A stretch of 64,000 nucleotides of DNA, taken from the NCBI GenBank assembly GCA_052033955.1, contig JBPOJD010000030.1, forward strand, positions 33,679 to 97,678. The letters run 5' to 3'. This DNA comes from Candidatus Hydrogenedentota bacterium (lineage in GTDB: Bacteria > Hydrogenedentota > Hydrogenedentia > Hydrogenedentales > SLHB01). The position numbers and the translations under genes are program-made. Below the pieces are notes generated by a model, which saw nothing but the letters and a program-made list of their open reading frames with translations, made no database searches and was not told the DNA's origin. Shown here piece by piece: positions 46,622-55,994 of this stretch (the stretch's first letter is position 1; each line of letters starts with the position of its first letter).

Positions 46622-47104
46622 ATGAAGCGTGCGGAGTTGTTGGAGAGCCTGTCGAATTCGCGGTACGCGGTGCTGGAACACTTCGACCTGCCCCCGCAGG
46701 ACCGCACCAAGACCTATGCCCCGGGCAAATGGACCGTGCGGCAGATTCTGGCCCATCTGGCCGACATGGAGCTGGTGTGGCTGTACCGTGTGAGCCGGGG
46801 GCTCGCCGAACCGGGCCGTGCCGTCGAGGCAATCGACGGTGACCGCTGGGCGTTGGGGCTGGACTACGCGAGCCGGCCCATTCTCATCAACAAGGAGCTG
46901 TTCCACAGCGCCCGCAGCCAGATCCTCTACTACATCGAGGCCCTGCCCGAGAGCCGACTCCAACAGCAGGTGTATCACCCGGAGGTCGGCACGGTGACGG
47001 TCTGGGAATTGCTGGAGATGCTGGCCGGGCACACCGAGCACCACCTCGCCCAGATCGACAAGGCCCGCAGCACGGGGATGGCCAGCGCCCTCGGCGCGTT
47101 GTAA
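46622..47104 (+). CDS. DinB/YfiT-like (DinB_2) family protein.
   Basis: The four-helix-bundle His motifs are 'ILAHLADMELVW' and 'LAGHTEHHLAQI'. I moved the start to the ATG at 46622. Confidence 0.65.
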   Translation: MKRAELLESLSNSRYAVLEHFDLPPQDRTKTYAPGKWTVRQILAHLADMELVWLYRVSRGLAEPGRAVEAIDGDRWALGLDYASRPILINKELFHSARSQILYYIEALPESRLQQQVYHPEVGTVTVWELLEMLAGHTEHHLAQIDKARSTGMASALGAL

Positions 47105-47107
47105 GGT

Positions 47108-49069
47108 CTACTCGATCTCGATGACGGCCATCGCCTCGCGCGTATCGCCGTACAGGTCCGTGGCCGCCAAGGTGACGCTGTACCGCCCCGGCGCGTCGAA
47201 ACGGCGCCGGATGCTCAGGCCTTTCCCCCGTTTCCCGTCACTGAAGGACCACTGAACGCTTTTTGTGCAGGCAGTGGCGTCGTAGCTCACGGCGGCTCCC
47301 GCCAAAAGGTCGGCGCTGACATCCACCGGCAGCCGGCCGGCGGGCGCCCGCAGCCAGTCTGCGGCCGTCAACGCGATGTCCTCGCCCACCCGCGCGCGCA
47401 GCGGTGCGGCCGGCGGTTCGACGGCGACAGCGGCCTTGCCGAGCAGCACGTCCGCGACGGCATCGAGCGTCGTGGCGGCCAGGCGCGGGTCCGCGTAGGC
47501 CAACAGCACCGCGTCGGCCTCCATCAGGTGCGCAACTTCGTTCGGATGCCCTAGATACACCAGCACCACGCGCGCTTTTTCGGCCTTGAGCCCCCGCACG
47601 AGGTCCCGCTGGCCCTGGGGGCGGATCGTTGGCCCCAGGACCAGCACCACCGTGCGCACGCCCGAGACCTGCCGCGTCACGCGGAAGACCTCAAAGTCCG
47701 CAATGTCGCCTATATGTCTGGCCGTGGACATGGGTTGCTCGCCGACGTTCTTCAGCGCCTTCTTGAGCCGGTCTTTGAGGTCGCGCACGCCCACGATCCC
47801 GGTGACCAGCACCGGCGTCGACTGCTCGCGCGTCAAGGGCAGGATTCCGTCTGCGTTCTTGACCAGCGTGAGCGACTGCCGTTCGATGGCGGCCAGCGTC
47901 TTGAGAGCGGCCGTGTCACGCGGCAGCCGGTCGGCGTCCTTCTGCTCGGGCAAGGGCCGGGCGGCCAGCTTCATCGTCTGCTTGTGGGTGAGGATACGGG
48001 TCACCGCCTCGTTGACCCGTGCCTCGGGTATCCGGCCCGCCTCGACCGCGCGCCGCAGCGCCGGGACGATTCCCTCGAGTACCGACGCCTGGCCTTGCCA
48101 GTAGAGCAGATCCGCGCCGGCGTTCAGCGCAGCCGCACAGGACTGGACCGGGTCCGCGAAGGGCGCGAGGCCGGGGTCGTCCATCGGACCGGCGACGACG
48201 AGTCCCTGGAAGCCCAGTTGGCCGCGCAGTACCGACTGGATCGCGTGGGGAGTGAGCGGCGCGGGACGGTGCTCGGGCGAGTAGGCGGGCACAATCACGT
48301 TGGCAAGCTGGATCGCGGGCACACCGGCATCCACGGCGGCGCGGAACGGCGGCAGATGGCGCTCGGCGAGCATGCTCTCGGACGCCACGAGGACCGGCAG
48401 CTCGTTGCTGGTGCTCAATCCAGGGCCGCCGGGGAAATCGCGCACGATGGCAAGGAGTCCCGACTGGGCGAGCGCAGTCACGGAGGCCGTACCAGCGGCG
48501 GTCGCGAAGCGGATGTCGCTGCCATAGCCGTGGAGCGTGCCGTCGCCCGATGCGAGCAGTGGCGCGACGGCCAAAGACGGTCCCAGAGAGGCGTTGAAGC
48601 CCATCGTCGTGAGGTGACGGCCTGCAATGGCCTCGATCGCGCCCGCGTGCCGGGGATCGCGGGTGGCCGCTACCGCCAACAAGGAGGGAATCTGGAGGTA
48701 GGGCGGAATTGGCCGGGCAGGCGTCTCGAGAACCCGCCGTAGGTCCGTGGCGATGAAAAGCGGCACCGCCCCCGCCTGCTCGTCGCGGCGCAGACCGGTG
48801 ATGAACAAGGCGGTCTGTCCCGGTTGGGTGGGCGGCGCCAGCACCACCCCGGCGGGTGGCAGCGTCTTCAGCAGCTGGCGTTCCCCATGGTCCGCGCCCA
48901 GCCCGCCCTGGAGCGTAACAAGCATGAGCTGGGCGATTCGCTGATCAAGCGGCATCGCCGCGACCTGTTCCGCAACGGACGGCGTCGCAGGCGGCTGCTG
49001 GGGGGCTTGAGCGTGGCCGGCCGCGGCCAACATGAGGGCAAACGTGGACAGCACCAGAGCGTGGTTCAT
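47108..49069 (-). CDS. Glycoside hydrolase family 3-like protein (NagZ/beta-glucosidase-like fold) with a C-terminal PKD domain; secreted.
   Basis: It has the signal peptide 'MNHALVLSTFALMLAAAGHAQA', GH3-like N- and C-domains, and a C-terminal PKD-like segment 'SVQWSFSDGKRGKGLSIRRRFDAPGRYSVTLAATDLYGDTREA'. I moved the start to the ATG at 49069. Confidence 0.7.
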   Translation of the reverse strand: MNHALVLSTFALMLAAAGHAQAPQQPPATPSVAEQVAAMPLDQRIAQLMLVTLQGGLGADHGERQLLKTLPPAGVVLAPPTQPGQTALFITGLRRDEQAGAVPLFIATDLRRVLETPARPIPPYLQIPSLLAVAATRDPRHAGAIEAIAGRHLTTMGFNASLGPSLAVAPLLASGDGTLHGYGSDIRFATAAGTASVTALAQSGLLAIVRDFPGGPGLSTSNELPVLVASESMLAERHLPPFRAAVDAGVPAIQLANVIVPAYSPEHRPAPLTPHAIQSVLRGQLGFQGLVVAGPMDDPGLAPFADPVQSCAAALNAGADLLYWQGQASVLEGIVPALRRAVEAGRIPEARVNEAVTRILTHKQTMKLAARPLPEQKDADRLPRDTAALKTLAAIERQSLTLVKNADGILPLTREQSTPVLVTGIVGVRDLKDRLKKALKNVGEQPMSTARHIGDIADFEVFRVTRQVSGVRTVVLVLGPTIRPQGQRDLVRGLKAEKARVVLVYLGHPNEVAHLMEADAVLLAYADPRLAATTLDAVADVLLGKAAVAVEPPAAPLRARVGEDIALTAADWLRAPAGRLPVDVSADLLAGAAVSYDATACTKSVQWSFSDGKRGKGLSIRRRFDAPGRYSVTLAATDLYGDTREAMAVIEIE

Positions 49070-49203
49070 GCGGACCTCCTCGGCGGCCATTCTAGCAGAA
49101 GAAATGGGCCGGCCGCAGTGCGGCGTCAGCACCGGGGGCATCCTGCGCCCGCCAGTGTTGCCCATTGACATACATACCTTTGGGTATGTAAAATGAGGGG
49201 CCT

Positions 49204-49830
49204 GTGGGAGGCATCGTGGGACGGCGCACCAAAGACGAGGCACTCGAGACGCGGCGGCAAATCCTGGAGGCCGCGCTGGACTTGTTCAGTTCGCAGGGCT
49301 ACTCGCAGACGACGTTTGTCGATGTGGCCCGGCGAATCGGCATGACCAAGGGCGCGGTGTATTGGCACTTCCGGGATAAACCGACGCTGCTTGCGGCGTT
49401 GATCGTGGAGATGCGGCGGCGCGAGGACGCCTTGGTCGCGCAGCAGGTGCCCGAGGTGGCCTGTCTGGAAGACATGAAGCGGTATTTCACGGCGTACAGC
49501 CGGGTGATTGTCGAAGATGACCGGTGCCGGAAGTTTGCGTTTTTTATTGCGTTGCAGATGGAGTGGTCGCTGGAAACGCTCGGCGCGGTGCGGGAGCATC
49601 TGACAACGTTGCAGGCGTGGCCCTTTGATCTGGTGGCGCAGCTGCTGACACAGGCGCAGGCGGCAGGCGAACTGCGCCCGGATATCGACCTGGACCGGTG
49701 GAAAGATATTTTCGCGGGAACGTGGCGGGGACTGATCCTGAGCTATCTGGCGGGATTGAGCGCCGCGGACGTTCTCGAGACGGTGGAGTGCGCATTTGAT
49801 GTGCTGATAGAGAGTGTGCGTGCGCGGTAG
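49204..49830 (+). CDS. TetR/AcrR family transcriptional regulator.
   Basis: The HTH is 'YSQTTFVDVARRIGMTKGAVYWHFRDK'. Confidence 0.85.
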   Translation: MGGIVGRRTKDEALETRRQILEAALDLFSSQGYSQTTFVDVARRIGMTKGAVYWHFRDKPTLLAALIVEMRRREDALVAQQVPEVACLEDMKRYFTAYSRVIVEDDRCRKFAFFIALQMEWSLETLGAVREHLTTLQAWPFDLVAQLLTQAQAAGELRPDIDLDRWKDIFAGTWRGLILSYLAGLSAADVLETVECAFDVLIESVRAR

Positions 49831-49849
49831 TGCCTCAGGCAAGGAGAGC

Positions 49850-51142
49850 ATGGTGAATATGGAGAAGCAGAAAGACGCCCCCTTGGCGCCTTCCGGTTCG
49901 AGATGGCCGGCCGTTGTGATTCAGGCGGTACTGGTGCCGTTGTTGTTGGCGGCGGGCTGGTTCTTGCGAGGACTGATGCCCGCGCCACCGATGGGCCCTC
50001 CGGGGGGTCCCATGGGCGGCATGATGCCCCCGCCCGCGGTGGTGGTCGCAGCGGTGTCGGAAGGTCCGGCGTCGCCGCCCGTATCGTTCCTGGGCCAGGT
50101 TGAAGCCATCGAGGAGGTGGTGATCACACCGCAGGTCGCCGGGTACTTGGACGCGGTGCATTTCCAGGAAGGGAGTCTGGTGCAGCAGGGTGACCTGCTG
50201 TTCACCATCGACCGGGCGCCTTTCGAGGCGCGCGTGGCCCTGTCGGAAGCCGGCGTGCAGCAGGCCGAGGCCAATCTGGGCGGGGCACGCGCGGATCTCG
50301 AAGCCGCCAAGGCCGACCTCGACCGCGCGCAGAAGTATCTCGACCGCTTGCGCAGTGCCGATGCGCGCAGCGTGGTCCAGGCGGACCTCGAAGCGGCTAC
50401 CGCGGACGCGCTGCGGGCGCAGGCGCGGGTGGAACAGGGCGCCGCGGCGGTGCAGCAGGCGGCCGCGGCCCTCGAACAGGCGAAGGCGACCCTTCGGCTG
50501 GCGGCGATCGATCTGGGTTATACGGAGGTCCGCGCGCCCATCACGGGCCGCATCGGCGAGGCGCTGGTCACGGCCGGCAACTACGTCATGCCCGCTTCGG
50601 GTCCGATGGCGCGGCTGGTGCAGATAGACCCGGTCCGGGTGGTGTTTTCGGTGCCGGACCGCGCCTACATCGAGATGATCCAGCAGGCGGCTGAGGGCGG
50701 TGCGGAGGCGATGCGGGCATCCCTCCGCCTTCCCGGCGGCGTCGAGTTCGCGGAGATGGGTGCGCACGATTTCGCGGACAACGTCATGGATCCGGCGACC
50801 GGCACCATCGCCATACGTTCACGTTTCGCCAACAGCGGGGGCGTGCTGGTTCCGAGCATGCATGTGACGGTCATGGTGCAGCCGTCCGGCACGCAGACGG
50901 CGCCGCTCGTGCCGCAACAGGCCGTCATGACGGACCACGACGGAGAGTACGTGCTGATCGTGAACGCGCAGAACGTAGCGGAGGTGCGCCGGGTGCGCCT
51001 TGGCGCGGCTGTCGAGGACAAACGCATCGTTGAGGAGGGCCTCGAACCCGGCGAACAGGTGATTGTCCAAGGCATTCAGAAGGCGATTCCGGGGATGGAA
51101 GTCCAGATCCCGGGCGCCGCGTCCGCGCCAGAAGGAGCGTGA
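49850..51142 (+). CDS. RND efflux periplasmic adaptor (membrane fusion protein).
   Basis: It has a TM anchor, a coiled-coil hairpin ('AEANLGGARADLEAAKADLDRAQKYLDRL') and the beta-barrel motif 'YTEVRAPITGRIGEALVTAGNYV'. AAGGAG precedes the ATG at 49850. Confidence 0.85.
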   Translation: MVNMEKQKDAPLAPSGSRWPAVVIQAVLVPLLLAAGWFLRGLMPAPPMGPPGGPMGGMMPPPAVVVAAVSEGPASPPVSFLGQVEAIEEVVITPQVAGYLDAVHFQEGSLVQQGDLLFTIDRAPFEARVALSEAGVQQAEANLGGARADLEAAKADLDRAQKYLDRLRSADARSVVQADLEAATADALRAQARVEQGAAAVQQAAAALEQAKATLRLAAIDLGYTEVRAPITGRIGEALVTAGNYVMPASGPMARLVQIDPVRVVFSVPDRAYIEMIQQAAEGGAEAMRASLRLPGGVEFAEMGAHDFADNVMDPATGTIAIRSRFANSGGVLVPSMHVTVMVQPSGTQTAPLVPQQAVMTDHDGEYVLIVNAQNVAEVRRVRLGAAVEDKRIVEEGLEPGEQVIVQGIQKAIPGMEVQIPGAASAPEGA

Positions 51143-51145
51143 GGC

Positions 51146-54100
51146 ATGCTGGCACGCTACTTCATCCGCCACCCGCGTTTTGCGGGGGTTATCAGTATCC
51201 TGCTCGTCCTGGCGGGGGTGTTGGCCATGTTTGCCCTCCCGATCGAGCAGTACCCTCAGGTCACGCCGCCTCAGATCCAGGTGAGCGCGTTCTTCCCCGG
51301 GGCGAGCGCCGAGACCCTGGCCACACTGGTCGGCGCGCCGCTTGAGGAAGAGATCAACGGCGTGGACGACATGATCTACATGGAGTCCAGTTGCGACGCC
51401 CAAGGGTCCTATGAGCTTACGATCACGTTCGAGGTCGGCACGGACCGCGATATCGCGCAGGTCAAAGTGCAGAACCGTGTCGCCCAGGCCACGCCGAAGC
51501 TCCCGGTCGAGGTCATCCAGCAGGGTGTCAGCGTCAGCGCCCAGTCACCGGCGATCCTCGGGCTGGTCGGATTCGTCAGCTCGAACCCGGCCCACGACCG
51601 CTTTTACCTGTCCAATTTCGTGCATGGCAGCGTCAGCGACGCCCTCAAGCGCGTGCCGGGGGTGGGCGGGGCAATGACCTTCGGCCCCGAATACAGCATG
51701 CGCGTGTGGCTGGATGCCGACCGGCTCAGCCAGCTCGGGTTGAGTTCAACCGAGGTGGTGCAGGCGATCCAGACCCAGAACGTGCAGGCCTCGCTCGGGT
51801 CCGTGGGAGCGGCGCCGCGCAACGAGGGCCAGCAGGTGATGTACATCCTGCAGGCCGAGGGGCGCCTCAACGATCCGGAGGCCTTCCAGAACATCATCGT
51901 GCGCGCCAACGACCAGGGTGGTCTCGTGCGGCTCCAGGACGTCGGGCGGGTCGAGATTGGCGGCAACTCGTACGCGGCCGAGGGCTTTTTCAACGGCGAT
52001 GCCAGCACGATCATCATGCTGTCGCAGACGCCGGGCAGCAATGCGATCGAGGCGATGGACGACGTGCGGGCCACGCTCGAAGAGATGAGCGCTGCCTTCC
52101 CCGAGGGTATCACATACGAATTTGTCTATGATGCAACCGCGTTCGTGCGTATCAGCATCAGGGAAATCGCCATCACGCTGTTCGTGACCTTTATCGTGGT
52201 CGTGCTGGTGTGCTACATCTTCCTGCAGGACTGGCGCGCAACGCTGATCCCCGCCGTGGCGATTCCCATCTCGCTGCTGGCAACCTTTGCCGTGTTGCTG
52301 GCCGTCGGATACAGCATCAACCTGCTGACGCTATTCGCGCTGGTACTCGCGATCGGCATCGTCGTCGACGACGCGATCGTGGTAGTGGAGCGCGTCATCC
52401 ACCTGATGGAAGAGGAGAAGCTCGACCACCGCGCGGCCACACTCAAGGCGATGCAGCAGGTCACCAGCGCGATCATCGCATCGACCCTGGTATTGATGGC
52501 CATTTTCGTTCCGATCGGCTTCGTGGCGGGCGTCACGGGCAGCATTTACCGCCAGTTCGCCGTCGCGCTTTCAACCTCGGTGCTGTTCTCGTCGCTGGTG
52601 GCGCTGACGCTGAGTCCGGTGCTGTGTGCGGTCTTCCTGCGCATTCCCAAGCATCGCCGCCACGGCCCGCTGGCCTGGTTCAGCAACAACCTCGACCGCG
52701 CCCGCAACGGGTACGTGGCCATGTCGAGCTATCTGACCGCGCGCAAGCTTCTGACCATGATGTGTCTGTTGGTGGTCGCGGCGGTGGCCGGTATCCTCGC
52801 CCTGTTCACACCCACGGGCTTCCTGCCCGAGGAAGACCAGGGGTTCATCTTTGGCGCGGTGCAATTGCCCGAAGGTGCGACGCTGGGGCGCACCAAAGCG
52901 GTGCTGGACCAGATTGTGCCGGAGATGCTGAACACGCCGGGTGTGGCCCAGGTTGTCTCGGTGGCGGGGTTCGGCATGATCGGCGGCCGCGCCGAGAACG
53001 TTGGTTTTTTGGGTGTCGCACTTGATCCCTGGTCGGAACGCACCACGCCCGAGACCCAGGTGGCGGGACTGGTGCAGAACCTGCAAGGGCGGCTCGCGGC
53101 GATCCCGGAGGCCCAGGTCAACCTGTTCACGCCGCCGCCGATCATCGGGCTGGGTGATTCGGGCGGCATGGACATCCGCTTGCAGTCGCTGGGCGACGGC
53201 GATGCCGCCGACCTCGCCACGGCGCTCCAGGGCCTGCTGCTCCAACTCAATCAGGCGCCCGAGATCATGTTTGCCTTCTCCGGATATACGGCCGGCAAGC
53301 CCCACCTGTACGTGGACGTCGATCGCGAGAAGGCGCAGAGCATGGGTGTACCCGTGGCGGCCCTCTTTACGACGCTTCAGGAGTATCTCGGGTCGCGCTA
53401 TGTCAACGACGTCAACTTCGCGGGCCGCGTGAATCAGGTCTATGTGCAGGCGGACTGGGAAGGCCGCAAGGACATCGACGACGTCCGGCGCCTGTTCGTG
53501 AAGAGTCTGAGCGGCGACATGGTATCGGTGGACAGCCTGGTGACAATGCGCACCGTGGTTGCGCCGAGCGTGGTGCAGCGGTTCAATCTGTTCCGCAGCG
53601 CCTCGATCACGGCCGTCGCGACGCCCGGCGTCAGCTCGGGCACCGGACTTGAGGTGGTTGAACGGCTGGCCCGCGCCACACTGCCCGCCGGTTACAACAT
53701 AACCTGGTCCGGCATGAGCTATCAGGAGAAACGCGGCGGCAGCCAGGGGGCGACCCTGTTTGGTCTGGCACTTTTGTTTGGCTACCTGTTCCTCGTGGCG
53801 AAATACGAGAGCTGGACCATTCCGGTCTCGGTGATCCTGTCGCTGGCGGTGGCCATTCTTGGCGCGCTCATCGGGCTTCGGGCTTTCAACATGCCGCTTG
53901 ACATGTACGCGCAGCTCGGGTTGATTATCCTGATCGGCATTGCGAGCAAGAACGCGATCCTCATCGTCGAGTTCGCCAAGGAGGGCCGGGCAGCGGGCAA
54001 CCCGATTGACGAAGCCGCGGCCACGGCCATGTGGGAACGCTTCCGTCCGGTGCTCATGACGGCCTTCACGTTCATTCTGGGCACCTTGCCGCTGGTGTTC

Positions 54101-54298
54101 GCTACCGGCGCGGGGTCGGCGAGCCGTCGCGCAATCGGCACCACCGTGTTCTCGGGCATGGCCGTCGGCACTGTCTTTGGCATCCTGATGATCCCGGCGT
54201 TGTACGCCATTTTCCAGACCCTGCGCGAACGCCTGAAAGGCCCGGCACACGTGCCGGAAACCGCCCCGGAGGAAAGCCCCGATGAAACGCGCCTGTAG
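51146..54298 (+). CDS. RND family efflux permease (AcrB/HAE1 type).
   Basis: The 1050-aa protein has 12 TM helices and two large periplasmic loops. Conserved RND motifs include 'VLAIGIVVDDAIVVVE'. Confidence 0.92.
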   Translation: MLARYFIRHPRFAGVISILLVLAGVLAMFALPIEQYPQVTPPQIQVSAFFPGASAETLATLVGAPLEEEINGVDDMIYMESSCDAQGSYELTITFEVGTDRDIAQVKVQNRVAQATPKLPVEVIQQGVSVSAQSPAILGLVGFVSSNPAHDRFYLSNFVHGSVSDALKRVPGVGGAMTFGPEYSMRVWLDADRLSQLGLSSTEVVQAIQTQNVQASLGSVGAAPRNEGQQVMYILQAEGRLNDPEAFQNIIVRANDQGGLVRLQDVGRVEIGGNSYAAEGFFNGDASTIIMLSQTPGSNAIEAMDDVRATLEEMSAAFPEGITYEFVYDATAFVRISIREIAITLFVTFIVVVLVCYIFLQDWRATLIPAVAIPISLLATFAVLLAVGYSINLLTLFALVLAIGIVVDDAIVVVERVIHLMEEEKLDHRAATLKAMQQVTSAIIASTLVLMAIFVPIGFVAGVTGSIYRQFAVALSTSVLFSSLVALTLSPVLCAVFLRIPKHRRHGPLAWFSNNLDRARNGYVAMSSYLTARKLLTMMCLLVVAAVAGILALFTPTGFLPEEDQGFIFGAVQLPEGATLGRTKAVLDQIVPEMLNTPGVAQVVSVAGFGMIGGRAENVGFLGVALDPWSERTTPETQVAGLVQNLQGRLAAIPEAQVNLFTPPPIIGLGDSGGMDIRLQSLGDGDAADLATALQGLLLQLNQAPEIMFAFSGYTAGKPHLYVDVDREKAQSMGVPVAALFTTLQEYLGSRYVNDVNFAGRVNQVYVQADWEGRKDIDDVRRLFVKSLSGDMVSVDSLVTMRTVVAPSVVQRFNLFRSASITAVATPGVSSGTGLEVVERLARATLPAGYNITWSGMSYQEKRGGSQGATLFGLALLFGYLFLVAKYESWTIPVSVILSLAVAILGALIGLRAFNMPLDMYAQLGLIILIGIASKNAILIVEFAKEGRAAGNPIDEAAATAMWERFRPVLMTAFTFILGTLPLVFATGAGSASRRAIGTTVFSGMAVGTVFGILMIPALYAIFQTLRERLKGPAHVPETAPEESPDETRL

Positions 54299-55877
54299 TC
54301 TCGCGCTGACATTCACCCTGCTGGCCGGATGCACCACCGTCGGCCCGGATTATGTTCGGCCTGATCTGCCCGAGCCGGCCTATGCGGACCTTGTGCCGCC
54401 GTCCGGCCAGGAGGCTGCGCCCGGCGATGAGACCTTCACGCCGGAGACGCTGGCGTCGTGGTGGCAGACACTGGACGACCCGCTCTTGACGGGCCTGATT
54501 GAAAAGGCCTTGGCGGGAAATCTGGACCTGCGGCAGGCGCAGTCGCGGGCGCGTGTCGCGCGCCTGATCCTGGGCATAAGCCAGTCTAGGCTCTATCCCC
54601 ACTTGGACGGCGGCGCCGTCTACCAGCGCACCCGCACCAGCGAAAACCTGGTGGAGAAAGCTGGCCGTCCCGCAGTGCAGGAGGTGGCGGGTTCGATTGC
54701 CACGGGCCTCGGAGTCGCACAGACCTTGGCGGCATTCCAGACCGATCCGGCGTCCGCGTGGCTGAGGGTGCCGGGTCAGGTCGCGGCATGGCCCGTCGAG
54801 CAGGCCCTCGATCTGGAAAATGACTTCTACCGGGTTGGTTTCGACGCGGCGTGGGAGATCGACATCTTCGGCGGGACGCGCCGCGGCGTCGAGGCGGCCC
54901 GGGCCGATGCCGAGGCCAGCCAGGCCAACCTCGAACACGTGTGGGTGTCACTCGCGGCGGCGGTCGCGCAGGGCTATGTCGAGCTCCGCACCTACCAGGC
55001 GCGTTTGACGGTTGCCGAGTCCAATCTGGCCGCGCAGGAGGAGACGCTGGCACTGCTCGAGTCCCGGTACGACGCGGGACTCAGCGACGCGCTGGCCGTG
55101 CAGCAGGCGCGGTATGTGGCGGAAGGCACCCGCGCGTCGATCCCGCCGCTGCGCAGCGGTGTCGAGGCCGCGCTGAATGGTCTCGCGGTACTCACCGGGA
55201 CCATGCCCGGCGATCTGCACGAAACCCTGGCCGCGCGCACGCCTGTGCCAGGCGCTGGTGTGGCTGCGGTGACGGGCATTCCGGCCAATGCGCTGCGGCG
55301 CCGCCCGGACATTCGCCAAGCCGAGCGCGAACTGGCCGCTCAAACCGCGCGCATTGGGGAAGCCAAGGCGGAGCTGTACCCGAAATTTGCATTGACCGGA
55401 TCGATTGGCCTCGAATCGCTGCGCTCGTCGACCCTCTTCGATGGCGGCAGCGACGCGTGGACCATCGGACCCAGCGTGTCGTGGCCCATCTTTCATGCCG
55501 GCGCCATCCGCAAGAACATCGCCGTACAGTCCGAGCGGCAGGAGCAGTACCTGGCCGCGTACGAGCAGACCGTGCTGGGCGCGGTCAGGGAAGTGCGTGA
55601 GGCGCTCATGGACTACGCGCAGGAACAGGAGCGACATGCCGCCCTGGCGAGCGCGGCGGACGCGGCGCAGACGGCCCTTGAGGTCGCGCAGGACAAGTAC
55701 CGGAACGGGTTGAGCGATTTCAACAACGTGCTCGATGCCCAGCGCGCGGTGCTGACGTTCCAGGAGCAGCTCGCGGTGAGTGACGGCATCATCACCATCA
55801 ATCTGATCCGTTTGTACAAGGCCCTCGGAGGCGGCTGGGCGCCCATGGCGCAGGCCGATGGTCCGCAGGGCGAGTGA
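54282..55877 (+). CDS. Outer membrane efflux lipoprotein (NodT/OprM family).
   Basis: The lipobox is 'LLAGCTTVGPDY'. Two OEP repeats are present. The gene overlaps the RND gene by 17 bp. Confidence 0.85.
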   Translation: MKRACSLALTFTLLAGCTTVGPDYVRPDLPEPAYADLVPPSGQEAAPGDETFTPETLASWWQTLDDPLLTGLIEKALAGNLDLRQAQSRARVARLILGISQSRLYPHLDGGAVYQRTRTSENLVEKAGRPAVQEVAGSIATGLGVAQTLAAFQTDPASAWLRVPGQVAAWPVEQALDLENDFYRVGFDAAWEIDIFGGTRRGVEAARADAEASQANLEHVWVSLAAAVAQGYVELRTYQARLTVAESNLAAQEETLALLESRYDAGLSDALAVQQARYVAEGTRASIPPLRSGVEAALNGLAVLTGTMPGDLHETLAARTPVPGAGVAAVTGIPANALRRRPDIRQAERELAAQTARIGEAKAELYPKFALTGSIGLESLRSSTLFDGGSDAWTIGPSVSWPIFHAGAIRKNIAVQSERQEQYLAAYEQTVLGAVREVREALMDYAQEQERHAALASAADAAQTALEVAQDKYRNGLSDFNNVLDAQRAVLTFQEQLAVSDGIITINLIRLYKALGGGWAPMAQADGPQGE

Positions 55878-55994
55878 GCGTCCGCACGCACGGCAAGGGA
55901 CCGGCTTCCGGCGGAAATGGTTGACTTGGCTCGCATCCGCATGCATCCTTGACGCCAATATGAACGGGACCATTTCCCCCCGGAGACACAAAGG

